The notes beneath the pieces were generated by a model. That model ran no database searches and had not been told where the DNA came from. It saw only the letters and a list, made by a program, of their open reading frames with translations. Source: Kiritimatiellia bacterium (lineage in GTDB: Bacteria > Verrucomicrobiota > Kiritimatiellia > JAAZAB01). Taken from it: 64,000 nt of DNA. A program made the position numbers and the translations under genes. Shown piece by piece: positions 35,956 through 45,261 of this stretch; position 1 is the first letter of the stretch, and each line of letters starts with the position of its first letter. The DNA lies in NCBI GenBank assembly GCA_028715905.1, contig JAQUQV010000001.1, positions 7,216 through 71,215 of the forward strand. Reading direction: 5' to 3'.

Positions 35956-37638
35956 ATGCGCATCGTCATAAGCTCCGATCACGGCGGTTTTCGCCTGAAA
36001 GAAGTTCTGAAAAGCCACCTTGCCGGCAAAAAAATTGAGACGGAAGATTTGGGATGCTTCAACGCCGATTCGGTTGACTACCCCGACTTTGCCGCGCGCG
36101 CCGCTGAGGAAGTGGCCATGAACCGGGCCGATTCGGGAATCGTAATCTGCACCACCGGCATCGGCGCCTCAATCGTCGCCAACAAATTCCCGGGCGTGCG
36201 CGCCGCGCTCTGCCTGAACCCGCACATGGCGAAAATGTCCCGCGCGCACAACAACGCCAACGTGCTGGCCCTCGGCGGCGCCCTGATAAACGAGGACGCG
36301 GCGAAAGAAACCGTTGATTGCTGGCTGGCAACCCGCTTTGACGCCGGCGAACGACACAGTCGCCGCGTGCGGAAAATTGAGGATTACGCGCAAAGCGCGA
36401 ATGAAACCGCCGGCATCGCCAGAACCGATCCGGAAATTTACGCGGTTATCCGGGGCGAAGCCTCCCGCGAAAAGGACAATCTTGAGCTAATCGCCTCGGA
36501 AAATTACGCCAGCCGGGCAGTGCGGGAAGCGGCCGGATGCCTGATGACCAATAAATACGCCGAGGGTTATCCCGGCAAACGCTGGTATGACGGCTGCCAG
36601 TTCGTGGATAAAGCCGAACAACTCGCCATTGACCGCGCCAAAGAACTGTTCGGCGCGGAACACGCCAACGTCCAGCCGCACTGCGGCAGTTCCGCCAATC
36701 TGGCGGTCTATTTCGCGGCGCTCAATCCCGGCGACCGGGTGCTGGCGATGGATATCGCCCACGGCGGACATTTGACGCACGGAATGAAAACCAACCTTTC
36801 GGGACGGCTGTTTGACGTCCGCCATTACGGCGTCAGCCGCCGGACGGAACAGCTGGACTACGATGAAATCGCCGGACTGGCCCGCGAGCATCGTCCGAAA
36901 CTGATCGTGGCCGGGGCAAGCGCTTATCCGCGCGCCATTGATTTTGAAAAATTCCGCGCGATAGCCGACAGCGTTTCCGCCTTGCTGATGGTTGACATGG
37001 CGCATATCGCCGGCCTGGTCGCCGCGGGCTGCCACCCGAGCCCGGTGCCTTACGCCGAGTTTGTCACCTCCACCACGCACAAGACCCTGCGCGGTCCGCG
37101 CAGCGGGCTGATTCTCTGCCAAAAGCGGTTTGCACAGGACATTGACCGCCAGATATTTCCCGGGATGCAGGGCGGCCCCCTGATGCACATTATCGCGGCC
37201 AAGGCCGTTTGTTTCCATGAGGCGCTGCAACCGGAATTCAAGCAATATCAACAACAGGTGCTCCGCAATGCGCGCGCGCTGGCGGAAACCCTGCAATCCG
37301 AAGGCTTAAGAATCATCTCCGGGGGCACGGACAACCATCTCATGCTCGCGGACCTGACGCCGATGAACATCACCGGCAAGGCGGCCGCGGTCGCGCTTGA
37401 CAAGGCCGGGATCACGGCCAACAAGAACCTTATTCCTTTTGACGCCAAAAGCCCGTTTGTAACTTCCGGCATACGGCTCGGCTCACCGGCGGTAACCACC
37501 CGCGGCATGAAAGAGGAGGAAATGCGGCAGATCTCCGCCCTGATCATGGAAGCCTTGCGGAACATAAATGATGAAGGGGCGCTGGAGGCGGTCCGGCGGA
37601 AAGCAACCAACCTGACGAATAAGTTTCCGCTCCCCTAG
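35956..37638 (+). CDS. fusion: ribose-5-phosphate isomerase B + serine hydroxymethyltransferase
   Basis: Single ORF running 35932..37638. The likely start is ATG 35956 ([11 protein letters not shown]) with an AAAGGAAA SD. RpiB is shown by [14 protein letters not shown]. After about a 15-aa linker comes SHMT ([38 protein letters not shown]). Confidence 0.85.
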   Translation: MRIVISSDHGGFRLKEVLKSHLAGKKIETEDLGCFNADSVDYPDFAARAAEEVAMNRADSGIVICTTGIGASIVANKFPGVRAALCLNPHMAKMSRAHNNANVLALGGALINEDAAKETVDCWLATRFDAGERHSRRVRKIEDYAQSANETAGIARTDPEIYAVIRGEASREKDNLELIASENYASRAVREAAGCLMTNKYAEGYPGKRWYDGCQFVDKAEQLAIDRAKELFGAEHANVQPHCGSSANLAVYFAALNPGDRVLAMDIAHGGHLTHGMKTNLSGRLFDVRHYGVSRRTEQLDYDEIAGLAREHRPKLIVAGASAYPRAIDFEKFRAIADSVSALLMVDMAHIAGLVAAGCHPSPVPYAEFVTSTTHKTLRGPRSGLILCQKRFAQDIDRQIFPGMQGGPLMHIIAAKAVCFHEALQPEFKQYQQQVLRNARALAETLQSEGLRIISGGTDNHLMLADLTPMNITGKAAAVALDKAGITANKNLIPFDAKSPFVTSGIRLGSPAVTTRGMKEEEMRQISALIMEALRNINDEGALEAVRRKATNLTNKFPLP

Positions 37639-37650
37639 CCTTCCACGGAA

Positions 37651-39354
37651 TCACGTATAGCGCAAAATTTCCTCGGCGGTGGTGTAGCCGTCAAAAATAT
37701 TCTGGATGCCGTCTTCGCGCAAGAGCCGCATACCCAGTTCAACCGCCTTGTTCCGGATTTCAATGGTGGGCTTTTTAGTGTTGATCAGCAAGCGGATCGG
37801 CTCGCTGATCGGCAGATACTCATAAATACCCTTGCGGCCCCGATAACCGGTGTCATGGCATTCAGAGCATCCCTTGCCGTAGTAAAAAGGCCGGCCGCCG
37901 GAGATTTTCTCGTTTAAATTCAAACGTTCAAGCATGGCTTTCTCGGGCTGAAACGGGGTTTTGCACTTCTTACAGATGGTCCGCACCAGCCGCTGGGCAA
38001 GGATTGATTCCAGCGTGGAAGAGATCAGGAAGGGTTCCACGTTCATATCAATCAGCCTGGTAATGGCGCCGGAAGCGTCATTGGTATGCAAGGTGGTCAG
38101 CACCAGGTGGCCGGTCAGCGAGGCCTGAATTGAGACCTGGGCCGTTTCCAGATCGCGGATTTCACCGACCATGATAATATCCGGGTCCTGGCGGAGGAAA
38201 GCGCGCAGACAGCGCAAAAAAGTAACGCCGATATCTTCGTTGGTCTGCACCTGCACGATGCCTTCAATGTCATACTCAACGGGCTCCTCAACCGTGAGGA
38301 GTTTTATATCCACGGAATTGATGCGCCGCAGGGCGGAATAAAGCGTGGTGGTCTTGCCGGAACCGGTCGGCCCGGTTACAATAATGATGCCGTTCGGCTT
38401 TTTGATATCAACATTGAAAGCGTCGTAAATCTCGGACGGCATGCCCAGGTTTTCAAGCTCCAGCGAAACGGTGGAACGGTCCAGGACGCGGAGCACGACG
38501 CTCTCGCCGAACTGGGTCGGCAGGGTTGAAACGCGGAAATCAATCTGCCGGCCGAGCATGGTCATCTGCAAACGGCCGTCCTGAGGCAGGCGGCGCTCGG
38601 CAATATTGAGATTGGACATGACCTTTATGCGGGAAATGACCGGCAGGGCAAGTTTCTTCGGGGGCGGCGACATTTCATAAAGAGCGCCGTCCACGCGGTA
38701 GCGGATTTTAAATTCGTTTTCAAACGGCTCAAAATGGATATCGGAGGCCTTAGCCTGGACCGCCTCGTAGAGAACCACGTTGACAAAACGAACAACGGGC
38801 TTGGCATTGGCGGCCTGTTCAATGCCGGTTTCATCGTCCTTGCCCTCCGCCAGCTCAATTACGCCGCCGGCCTCAATATCGGTCTCAAGGGCGGAAAGCA
38901 TTTCGTTCATCGTCTCCTCGCCGTAGAACTTGTTGATAAAGTTTTTAACGTCACCCTCGCGGGCCAGGACAAAGGTAACATCCCTGGTCAGGACAAAACG
39001 GATTTCGTCCACAATTTCCGGGCTCAACAACTGCGAGACGGCCAGCACCACGGAATTTGAATCGGCGGAAATCGGGATGACGTTGTACATGCGGGCGACG
39101 CTGGGCGGAATGGATTTAATCATTTCTTCCGGAATATCGCGCTCCGCCAGTTTGACAACCGACGTGCCGAGATGGCTGGCGATCAGCACCAACAGGTCGT
39201 CTTCATTGATGATGCCCTTATCCAGGACTATCCGGCGCGCGGAATTGCCGGAGCTTTGCATTTCCGCGGCTATTTCTTCGGCCTGAGCATCCTTGACGAT
39301 GCGGTGGTCAACCAGAAGCTGCAACAAAGGTTCGTATTTTACCATTTCCGGCAT
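37651..39354 (-). CDS. GspE/PilB-family secretion ATPase
   Basis: 567 aa. It has a T2SSE_N domain, Walker [11 protein letters not shown], Asp/His boxes and a tetracysteine motif CKKC...CSEC. Confidence 0.85.
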   Translation of the reverse strand: MPEMVKYEPLLQLLVDHRIVKDAQAEEIAAEMQSSGNSARRIVLDKGIINEDDLLVLIASHLGTSVVKLAERDIPEEMIKSIPPSVARMYNVIPISADSNSVVLAVSQLLSPEIVDEIRFVLTRDVTFVLAREGDVKNFINKFYGEETMNEMLSALETDIEAGGVIELAEGKDDETGIEQAANAKPVVRFVNVVLYEAVQAKASDIHFEPFENEFKIRYRVDGALYEMSPPPKKLALPVISRIKVMSNLNIAERRLPQDGRLQMTMLGRQIDFRVSTLPTQFGESVVLRVLDRSTVSLELENLGMPSEIYDAFNVDIKKPNGIIIVTGPTGSGKTTTLYSALRRINSVDIKLLTVEEPVEYDIEGIVQVQTNEDIGVTFLRCLRAFLRQDPDIIMVGEIRDLETAQVSIQASLTGHLVLTTLHTNDASGAITRLIDMNVEPFLISSTLESILAQRLVRTICKKCKTPFQPEKAMLERLNLNEKISGGRPFYYGKGCSECHDTGYRGRKGIYEYLPISEPIRLLINTKKPTIEIRNKAVELGMRLLREDGIQNIFDGYTTAEEILRYT

Positions 39355-39373
39355 TGCTCCCGCCTTTCCCGGA

Positions 39374-40453
39374 TTATCTCTGCCCGCCCTGGAGCTTTGC
39401 CGTCAGGGCGGTCGGATCCTGTGCTTTAATAATCATATTCTCGTAACTTATCATGCCTTTTTCAAACAATGACAACAAATAGGCATCCAGGGAAACCATG
39501 CCCCATTTTGCGCCGGTCTGGATATCGGAAATAATCCGGAAGGTCTTATTATCCCGGATCAGGGACTGGATGGAAGGCGTGGTGATCATCAGCTCAAAGG
39601 CGGCGACGCGGCCGGGCTTGTCTTTGCGGACAAGGAGCAGCTGGGAAATTGCGGCCACGAGGGTTGAAGCGAGCTGGGTGCGGATCTGCTCCTGCTGGTC
39701 GGTCGGGAACGCGTCAACAATCCTATCCACGGTGCGCGCCGCGCCGGTGGTATGCAGGGTGGCGAAAACGAGGTGGCCGGTTTCAGCGGCCGTAATGGCC
39801 GCCTCCATTGTCTCCAGGTCGCGCATTTCGCCCACCAGAATGACGTCGGGGTCCTGGCGCAAAGCGCGGCGCAAGGCCTCCTTGAAATTGGGCACATCCA
39901 CCCCGATTTCACGCTGGGTAATTATGGAACGTTTATGCTGGTGATAATATTCAACCGGGTCTTCAATGGTAATGATATGGCAGTCGCGCTCGGAGTTAAT
40001 CAGGTCAATCATGCTGGCAAGCGTGGTGGTCTTGCCGGAACCGGTCGGCCCGGTTACCAGGATCAACCCGCGCGGGCGATAAAGAAGATCCTTGACCTGG
40101 GCCGGCAGGCCGATCTGCTCAAGCGACATCAGGCTGGAGGGAATCTGGCGCAAAACCATGCCGATATTTCCCCGTTCCCGCAAAACGCTTACCCGGAAAC
40201 GCGCCTGTTTGCCGAAACCGAAGCCGAAATCCACGCCCCCCATCTCGCGCACCTTTTGCTGATTGTTTTCGGAAGTGATGCTCTTCATCAGCCGTTCGGT
40301 GTCGTCCGGCTTCAAGGGCGGGCAATCCACCGCCTGCAAAGCGCCGTGCAGCCGCAGCATCGGCGGCAAGCCGACCGAAACGTGCAAATCCGAAGCGCCT
40401 TCCTCAACCACCATCGCCAGGAGATCGTTCATGCCATATGTGTTGTCCGTCAT
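39374..40453 (-). CDS. pilT: PilT-family retraction-type ATPase
   Basis: 359 aa. It has ASDLHV, Walker [19 protein letters not shown] and ATLHT, and no N-terminal T2SSE_N domain. Confidence 0.85.
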   Translation of the reverse strand: MTDNTYGMNDLLAMVVEEGASDLHVSVGLPPMLRLHGALQAVDCPPLKPDDTERLMKSITSENNQQKVREMGGVDFGFGFGKQARFRVSVLRERGNIGMVLRQIPSSLMSLEQIGLPAQVKDLLYRPRGLILVTGPTGSGKTTTLASMIDLINSERDCHIITIEDPVEYYHQHKRSIITQREIGVDVPNFKEALRRALRQDPDVILVGEMRDLETMEAAITAAETGHLVFATLHTTGAARTVDRIVDAFPTDQQEQIRTQLASTLVAAISQLLLVRKDKPGRVAAFELMITTPSIQSLIRDNKTFRIISDIQTGAKWGMVSLDAYLLSLFEKGMISYENMIIKAQDPTALTAKLQGGQR

Positions 40454-40500
40454 GCTTTCACCTTTTTGTCAATCAAAGCGCGCATCAGAAAACCAGCGGG

Positions 40501-42204
40501 TCAATCGCCCATCGTCACGCCGATTATTTCCTCCAGAGTTGTTATACCGGAAAGCACCTTGCGCAAACCGTCTTCGCGCAGCGTGCGCATGCCCAGTTCG
40601 CGCGCCTTGATCCGCAACTCGGAAGCCGGCAGCTGCTGGTAAATGAGCGACTGCACCTCTTCGTTGACGAGGAATATCTCATAAATTCCCTTGCGGCCGT
40701 AGTAACCGTTCTGGCCGCAGGCGCCGCAGCCTTTCCCACGGTAGAGCTGGACATTGGCGAACTGCGCCGCTTCCGCCGGGTCCAGGCCCTTCAATTCCGC
40801 TTCGGTGGGCGTGTATTGCTCCTTGCATTTTTCGCAGATCACCCGCACAAGGCGCTGGGCCATGGTGCACCGCAGAGACGAGGCCAGCAGAAAGGGTTTT
40901 ATTCCTATATCAAGCAAGCGCGCGATCGCGCTCGGCGCGTCGTTGGTATGGAGGGTGCTGAACACGAGGTGGCCGGTCAACGACGCGTTGATGGCGATTT
41001 CCGCCGTGTCAAAATCGCGGATTTCACCCACCATGATAATATTCGGCGCCTGGCGGAGAATAGAGCGCAGAACGGCCGGAAAGGTCAAGCCGATATCCTC
41101 GCGCACGTGGACCTGATTGATGCCTGAAATCTGGTATTCAACCGGGTCTTCCACCGTGATGATCTTGCGGTCCGGCCGGTTAAGATGATTCAGGCAGGCA
41201 TAGAGAGTGGTCGTTTTGCCGGAACCGGTCGGCCCGGTAATCAGCACGATGCCGTCGGGCATGGAAATCACTTTTTCAAACACCTGCTGGTCGTCGGCGA
41301 ACAAGCCGAGTTTTGAAAGTCCGAGCAGAAGGCTCTGCTTGGAAAGGATACGCATAACGATGCTTTCGCCGTGGGAAGCGGGCACGGTGGACACGCGCAA
41401 ATCAAGGTCCTCGCCGGCCGCGTTGATCTGGATTCGGCCGTCTTGGGGAACGCGTCTTTCGGAAAGTTTCATGCCCGCCATCAGCTTAATCCGGCTGAGA
41501 ATGATCGGCTGCAGTTTCTTGGGCGGATTCTGGACCTCGTACAACACGCCGTCTATCCGGTAACGAACCCGGAACCGCTTTTCCATCGGCTCCAGATGAA
41601 TATCGGACGCCCTTTTCCGCTGGGCTTCAAGAATGAGCAGGCTGACCAGCTTGATAATCTGCGAATCGGCCTCGGTGGCGGGCATGTTTTCATCGCCTTC
41701 CCTCTCCGCAACGGAAATGTCGCCGTCCACCTGTCCGCCGTTTTCCATGATTTCCTCAACCGATTTTTCTTCCTGCCCGTAATAAGCGTCAAGGGCGGCC
41801 GCGATTTCCTCGCTTGAGGCGATCACGCCTTCCACGTTGCGCTTGAGAATGTAACGCAGGCTGTCAAGGATTTCAATATTCAACGGATCGCTGATTGCAA
41901 CCGTCAAAGCATTTTCCGAATCCGAGACAGGGATAATCTTGTAGCGGCGCGCAATGGCCGCCGGCACCTGGCTGATAACCTCCTGCGAAACGTCGCGCTC
42001 CGATAGAACCACCACGTCCATCCCGAGCTGCATGGCCACGGTCTTCAAAACCTCCATTTTGGAGAGCGTGCCCCTTTCAATCAGCACGTCCAGCAGGCTT
42101 CCATGGTGTTCTCCGGCCATGGCGCGGGCTTCCTCAATTTGTTCAATCTTGAGAAGCCCGACGTCCCTCAGGATCTCCAGAATATAATCATCGTTTGAGG
42201 TCAA
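40501..42204 (-). CDS. GspE/PilB-family secretion ATPase (second paralogue)
   Basis: 567 aa with the same architecture as 37651..39354 (CEKC...CGAC). It is roughly half identical by eye. A GGAGGA SD lies upstream. Confidence 0.85.
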   Translation of the reverse strand: MTSNDDYILEILRDVGLLKIEQIEEARAMAGEHHGSLLDVLIERGTLSKMEVLKTVAMQLGMDVVVLSERDVSQEVISQVPAAIARRYKIIPVSDSENALTVAISDPLNIEILDSLRYILKRNVEGVIASSEEIAAALDAYYGQEEKSVEEIMENGGQVDGDISVAEREGDENMPATEADSQIIKLVSLLILEAQRKRASDIHLEPMEKRFRVRYRIDGVLYEVQNPPKKLQPIILSRIKLMAGMKLSERRVPQDGRIQINAAGEDLDLRVSTVPASHGESIVMRILSKQSLLLGLSKLGLFADDQQVFEKVISMPDGIVLITGPTGSGKTTTLYACLNHLNRPDRKIITVEDPVEYQISGINQVHVREDIGLTFPAVLRSILRQAPNIIMVGEIRDFDTAEIAINASLTGHLVFSTLHTNDAPSAIARLLDIGIKPFLLASSLRCTMAQRLVRVICEKCKEQYTPTEAELKGLDPAEAAQFANVQLYRGKGCGACGQNGYYGRKGIYEIFLVNEEVQSLIYQQLPASELRIKARELGMRTLREDGLRKVLSGITTLEEIIGVTMGD

Positions 42205-42285
42205 TTAATCCTCCGTGCCGACAAGCAGAATACAGTATCTGGGCCTCCAACCTCAAGCATTCAATTGTTACTTCAGTCCGACCGA

Positions 42286-45219
42286 TTATTGTCCGTCAAA
42301 ATCGCCGGCCACCGGCGTCCCGGTCATTCCAAGGTTAAACGGCCCGCCGGCCAGCTGATAACCGGCGCTGCTGAAATAAATATACCACAATCCGCCATTG
42401 GCGGACACCACGGCCGGGTCCGCCGAGCCATCGCCGTCAAAATCGCCGGCCACCGGAACCCCGGACACGCCAAAATCAAACGGCCCGCCGGCCAGCTGGT
42501 AACCGGCGCTGCTGAAGTAGATATACCACAATCCGCCATTGGCGGACACCACGGCCGGGTCCGCCGAACCATCGTTGTCAAAATCGGCCGCCACGGGTAA
42601 ACCAGAAACGCCGAAATCAAACGGCCCGTCGCCCAGTTGATATTTCAGGCTGGAAAACCAGATATACCACAGGGAATTAACAACTACGGCCGGGTCGGCG
42701 AATCTATCGTTGTCAAAATCGCCGGCCACCGGAACTCCGGACACGCCGAAATTGAACGGACCGTCGCCCAATTGATACCCCAGGCTGGAAAAACAGATAT
42801 ACCACCATGGGCCGACCGTTACGGCCGGGTCGGCCGAGCCGTCGTTGTCAAAATCGCCGGCCACCGGAACCCCGGACACGCCGAAATTATAGGGACCGGA
42901 CATTTGATACCCGCTGCTGTAAAACCAGACATACCAGTTGCCGCCGATTACCACGGCCGGGTCGGCATATGCTTGTGTTTTTGACGGCGCGCCCTCGCCG
43001 CGAATGACCAAAGCATAAGGCTGGGGGCCGTTCGGAACGTTGTGGCCGCGGACCGTGATCTGAACTGTTCCGGTAACGGCGCAGGCGGCATCAACGCTTT
43101 CCACGTTGTTGATTCGGTCGGCCTCTGCCAATCCGTTGGGATAATGGGTAACGCCATCGGGCGTTTTGACGGTCAAATCAAGGTCGTTGACCAGTTGTTT
43201 CGCGGCCGCGAGCGTGGCCGGATAATCGGACCAGCACAAAGTGATATTGACCGTATTGGTCCCGGAGAGGGCAAACGAATAAATTTTAGCGGCCCCCGTA
43301 ACCAGCGCGCCGGCCGCATTGGTCACATCATAATAAACATTGGTCTTGTCCCCCCCGGGAAAAAGGGTGTTATCCATGTCCACCTGCCCCCAGCCTTCAA
43401 CATTGTTCGGCCGCGCATTCGGAATTTCGCGGTACCGGCCGGCGCCGTACTGGCCGGGCGACAGGGAGCGGGCCCCGTTGAGAAGAATCGCCTTCATCAA
43501 TGCCGCGCTCGGGGATGCAAAGCCGCAGTGTTGCTGGAGACACTGGCGCATCAAGGCGGCCGCGCCGGTCGTGAGGGGGGCGGACATGCTTGTGCCGCCG
43601 CTGAATACATAAAAATTGCTGGCGGCATTGCCCAATACGCCCACCCCCGTGCCCCAGGCAATACTGGCGCCCGGCATGCGGGAACGGCAGGAAACGATAT
43701 CAGTGCCCGGCGCCGCGATATCCGGCTTGAAGCGCCCGTCAAGGCACGGGCCGCGGCTGGAAAAAGCCGCCATGCCCTGGTGCGTTTCAAAGGCGGTGGA
43801 GATCAGGTCTCCCCGAATCGGATCAACCGGATAATCACGGGGCCAGACATCTCCGTATATTTCAGCCGAGTACCCCCCCGAGCCGGAAGGCCGGTCGGTC
43901 TCGGACGCGCCCACGGTAAGAACATTCTTGGCGGTACCGGGCGAACCAACGGAAGAAGGATCAATTACGCCGTCACGGTCGGCGTCTATCCCTTCATTGC
44001 CGGAGGAAAACACAACGAGCATGTCCCGCACATCCCACATGAACTGATCGGCATATTGCGACTCGGCGTCGTATCTCCCGGCGACGGAAGACCCCCAGCT
44101 GTTGTTATGCAGACGGGCGCCGTTGGTATATGCCTGATAGAAAAGATTTGTCAATACGTCGGGGAGCCCGCCCAGTCTCCCCGCATTATCCATGACGCTT
44201 TGAAAGACCAGGGACGCCTCATAGGCCGCGCCGCGGAACAAACCATTGCTCCAGGCCACACCGCTGCCCAGCACGGACCCGGCCACATGCGTGCCATGGC
44301 CGCCATGCGAAGTCGCATCAGACCAATCGTTGCTTTCCGGCCGGCCGAGGGCAAATGCGGCGACGATGCGGTTGCTGAAATCAGGATGAATCGTGTCGGC
44401 GTCGCCGGTATCCAAACCGGTGTCGGCCACGGCCACAATCTGCCCCGCGCCCGTAAGATTGCTGTTTGTCCACAGGTTCCGGACGTTCATATGTTCGTCA
44501 TCCGTGGCAATATTGTTGTGCAACCGGGGGGCGACATAAATTTCAATGAATTCAACTTCCGGAAGCGCGATCAGTTCAGCCGCGGTTGCGACCGGCATCC
44601 GGGCGCGGATCAAACCGCGGCGGCCCGCCGCCGCAACCGAAAAAACCCGGCAGTTTTTTGCCAGGATAACATCGCGCACCACTGAAACCGTTTCGGCGGA
44701 AAAAGTCTGGATTGTAAAATTTTCAATTGCGGCGCCCGCCGTGCCGCCCGTTTGGCGCGCCAGGGCAAAACGGCGCCCCAGACCGTGATCAATCTTGTAA
44801 TCGGGTTGGAAAGCCCCTATCCAGCGCACGCATTCCAGTTCGGCGACCAAGCCAAGCTGGGCCCGGGTCAATTCCGCGATAAAGGCGTTTTCAGGCAGAT
44901 AACCGCCCAGACGCGCGCCGGTTTGCTCCACCGCTTCCTTCCATAACTGGCGGACCGGACCGGCAAACTGGATAATGAACAGCCGGCGAGCGTCCGGGTC
45001 GTCGGATTGGACAAACATGGAGCCGGAATCGGCGGCGACTTTATCCTGCGGCTTGAACAAACCGCTCCGGGCCTGCCGCGCGGCGGGCGAGGTGTCAATG
45101 ACGGCATTGCGCAATCGGATGGACGCCCCATCAACCGGCGCGGCGGACGATAACATTGCGAACAAAAATGACGCGCCCAACACCCCCGCCAATGCCGCGG
45201 CATTATGTTTTTTTTTCAT
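42286..45219 (-). CDS. secreted subtilisin-like (S8) serine protease with C-terminal five-blade FG-GAP/VCBS-like module
   Basis: The ORF reaches 45249, but the likely start is ATG 45219 (MKKKHNAAALAGVLGASFLFAML). The triad motifs are VAVADTGLD, HGTHVAGS and GGTSMSAP. The repeat module is at the C-terminus. Confidence 0.85.
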   Translation of the reverse strand: MKKKHNAAALAGVLGASFLFAMLSSAAPVDGASIRLRNAVIDTSPAARQARSGLFKPQDKVAADSGSMFVQSDDPDARRLFIIQFAGPVRQLWKEAVEQTGARLGGYLPENAFIAELTRAQLGLVAELECVRWIGAFQPDYKIDHGLGRRFALARQTGGTAGAAIENFTIQTFSAETVSVVRDVILAKNCRVFSVAAAGRRGLIRARMPVATAAELIALPEVEFIEIYVAPRLHNNIATDDEHMNVRNLWTNSNLTGAGQIVAVADTGLDTGDADTIHPDFSNRIVAAFALGRPESNDWSDATSHGGHGTHVAGSVLGSGVAWSNGLFRGAAYEASLVFQSVMDNAGRLGGLPDVLTNLFYQAYTNGARLHNNSWGSSVAGRYDAESQYADQFMWDVRDMLVVFSSGNEGIDADRDGVIDPSSVGSPGTAKNVLTVGASETDRPSGSGGYSAEIYGDVWPRDYPVDPIRGDLISTAFETHQGMAAFSSRGPCLDGRFKPDIAAPGTDIVSCRSRMPGASIAWGTGVGVLGNAASNFYVFSGGTSMSAPLTTGAAALMRQCLQQHCGFASPSAALMKAILLNGARSLSPGQYGAGRYREIPNARPNNVEGWGQVDMDNTLFPGGDKTNVYYDVTNAAGALVTGAAKIYSFALSGTNTVNITLCWSDYPATLAAAKQLVNDLDLTVKTPDGVTHYPNGLAEADRINNVESVDAACAVTGTVQITVRGHNVPNGPQPYALVIRGEGAPSKTQAYADPAVVIGGNWYVWFYSSGYQMSGPYNFGVSGVPVAGDFDNDGSADPAVTVGPWWYICFSSLGYQLGDGPFNFGVSGVPVAGDFDNDRFADPAVVVNSLWYIWFSSLKYQLGDGPFDFGVSGLPVAADFDNDGSADPAVVSANGGLWYIYFSSAGYQLAGGPFDFGVSGVPVAGDFDGDGSADPAVVSANGGLWYIYFSSAGYQLAGGPFNLGMTGTPVAGDFDGQ
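42289..42972 (-). repeat. coding repeat: 5 x ~45-aa FG-GAP/VCBS-like blades (module copy 3)
   Basis: It starts with ADPAVVIGGNWYVWF and ends with GDFDGQ. It has five WY..F cores. Confidence 0.8.
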
Positions 45220-45261
45220 GCGGTTTTCCCTTTTTCCTGTTTTATACATTCAATTCTTTTT

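Noticed and set aside
37639-37650. Looked for a bidirectional terminator between the convergent rpiB-glyA and pilB genes
   Set aside because: Only 12 nt separate the two stop codons and no stem-loop can be formed there.
39374-42204. MshEN-type c-di-GMP binding motif in the N-domains of the two PilB-like ATPases
   Set aside because: The N-termini show only partial resemblance (L..LLV....V...Q) and lack the conserved Gly positions I remember. This is insufficient to claim without an HMM.
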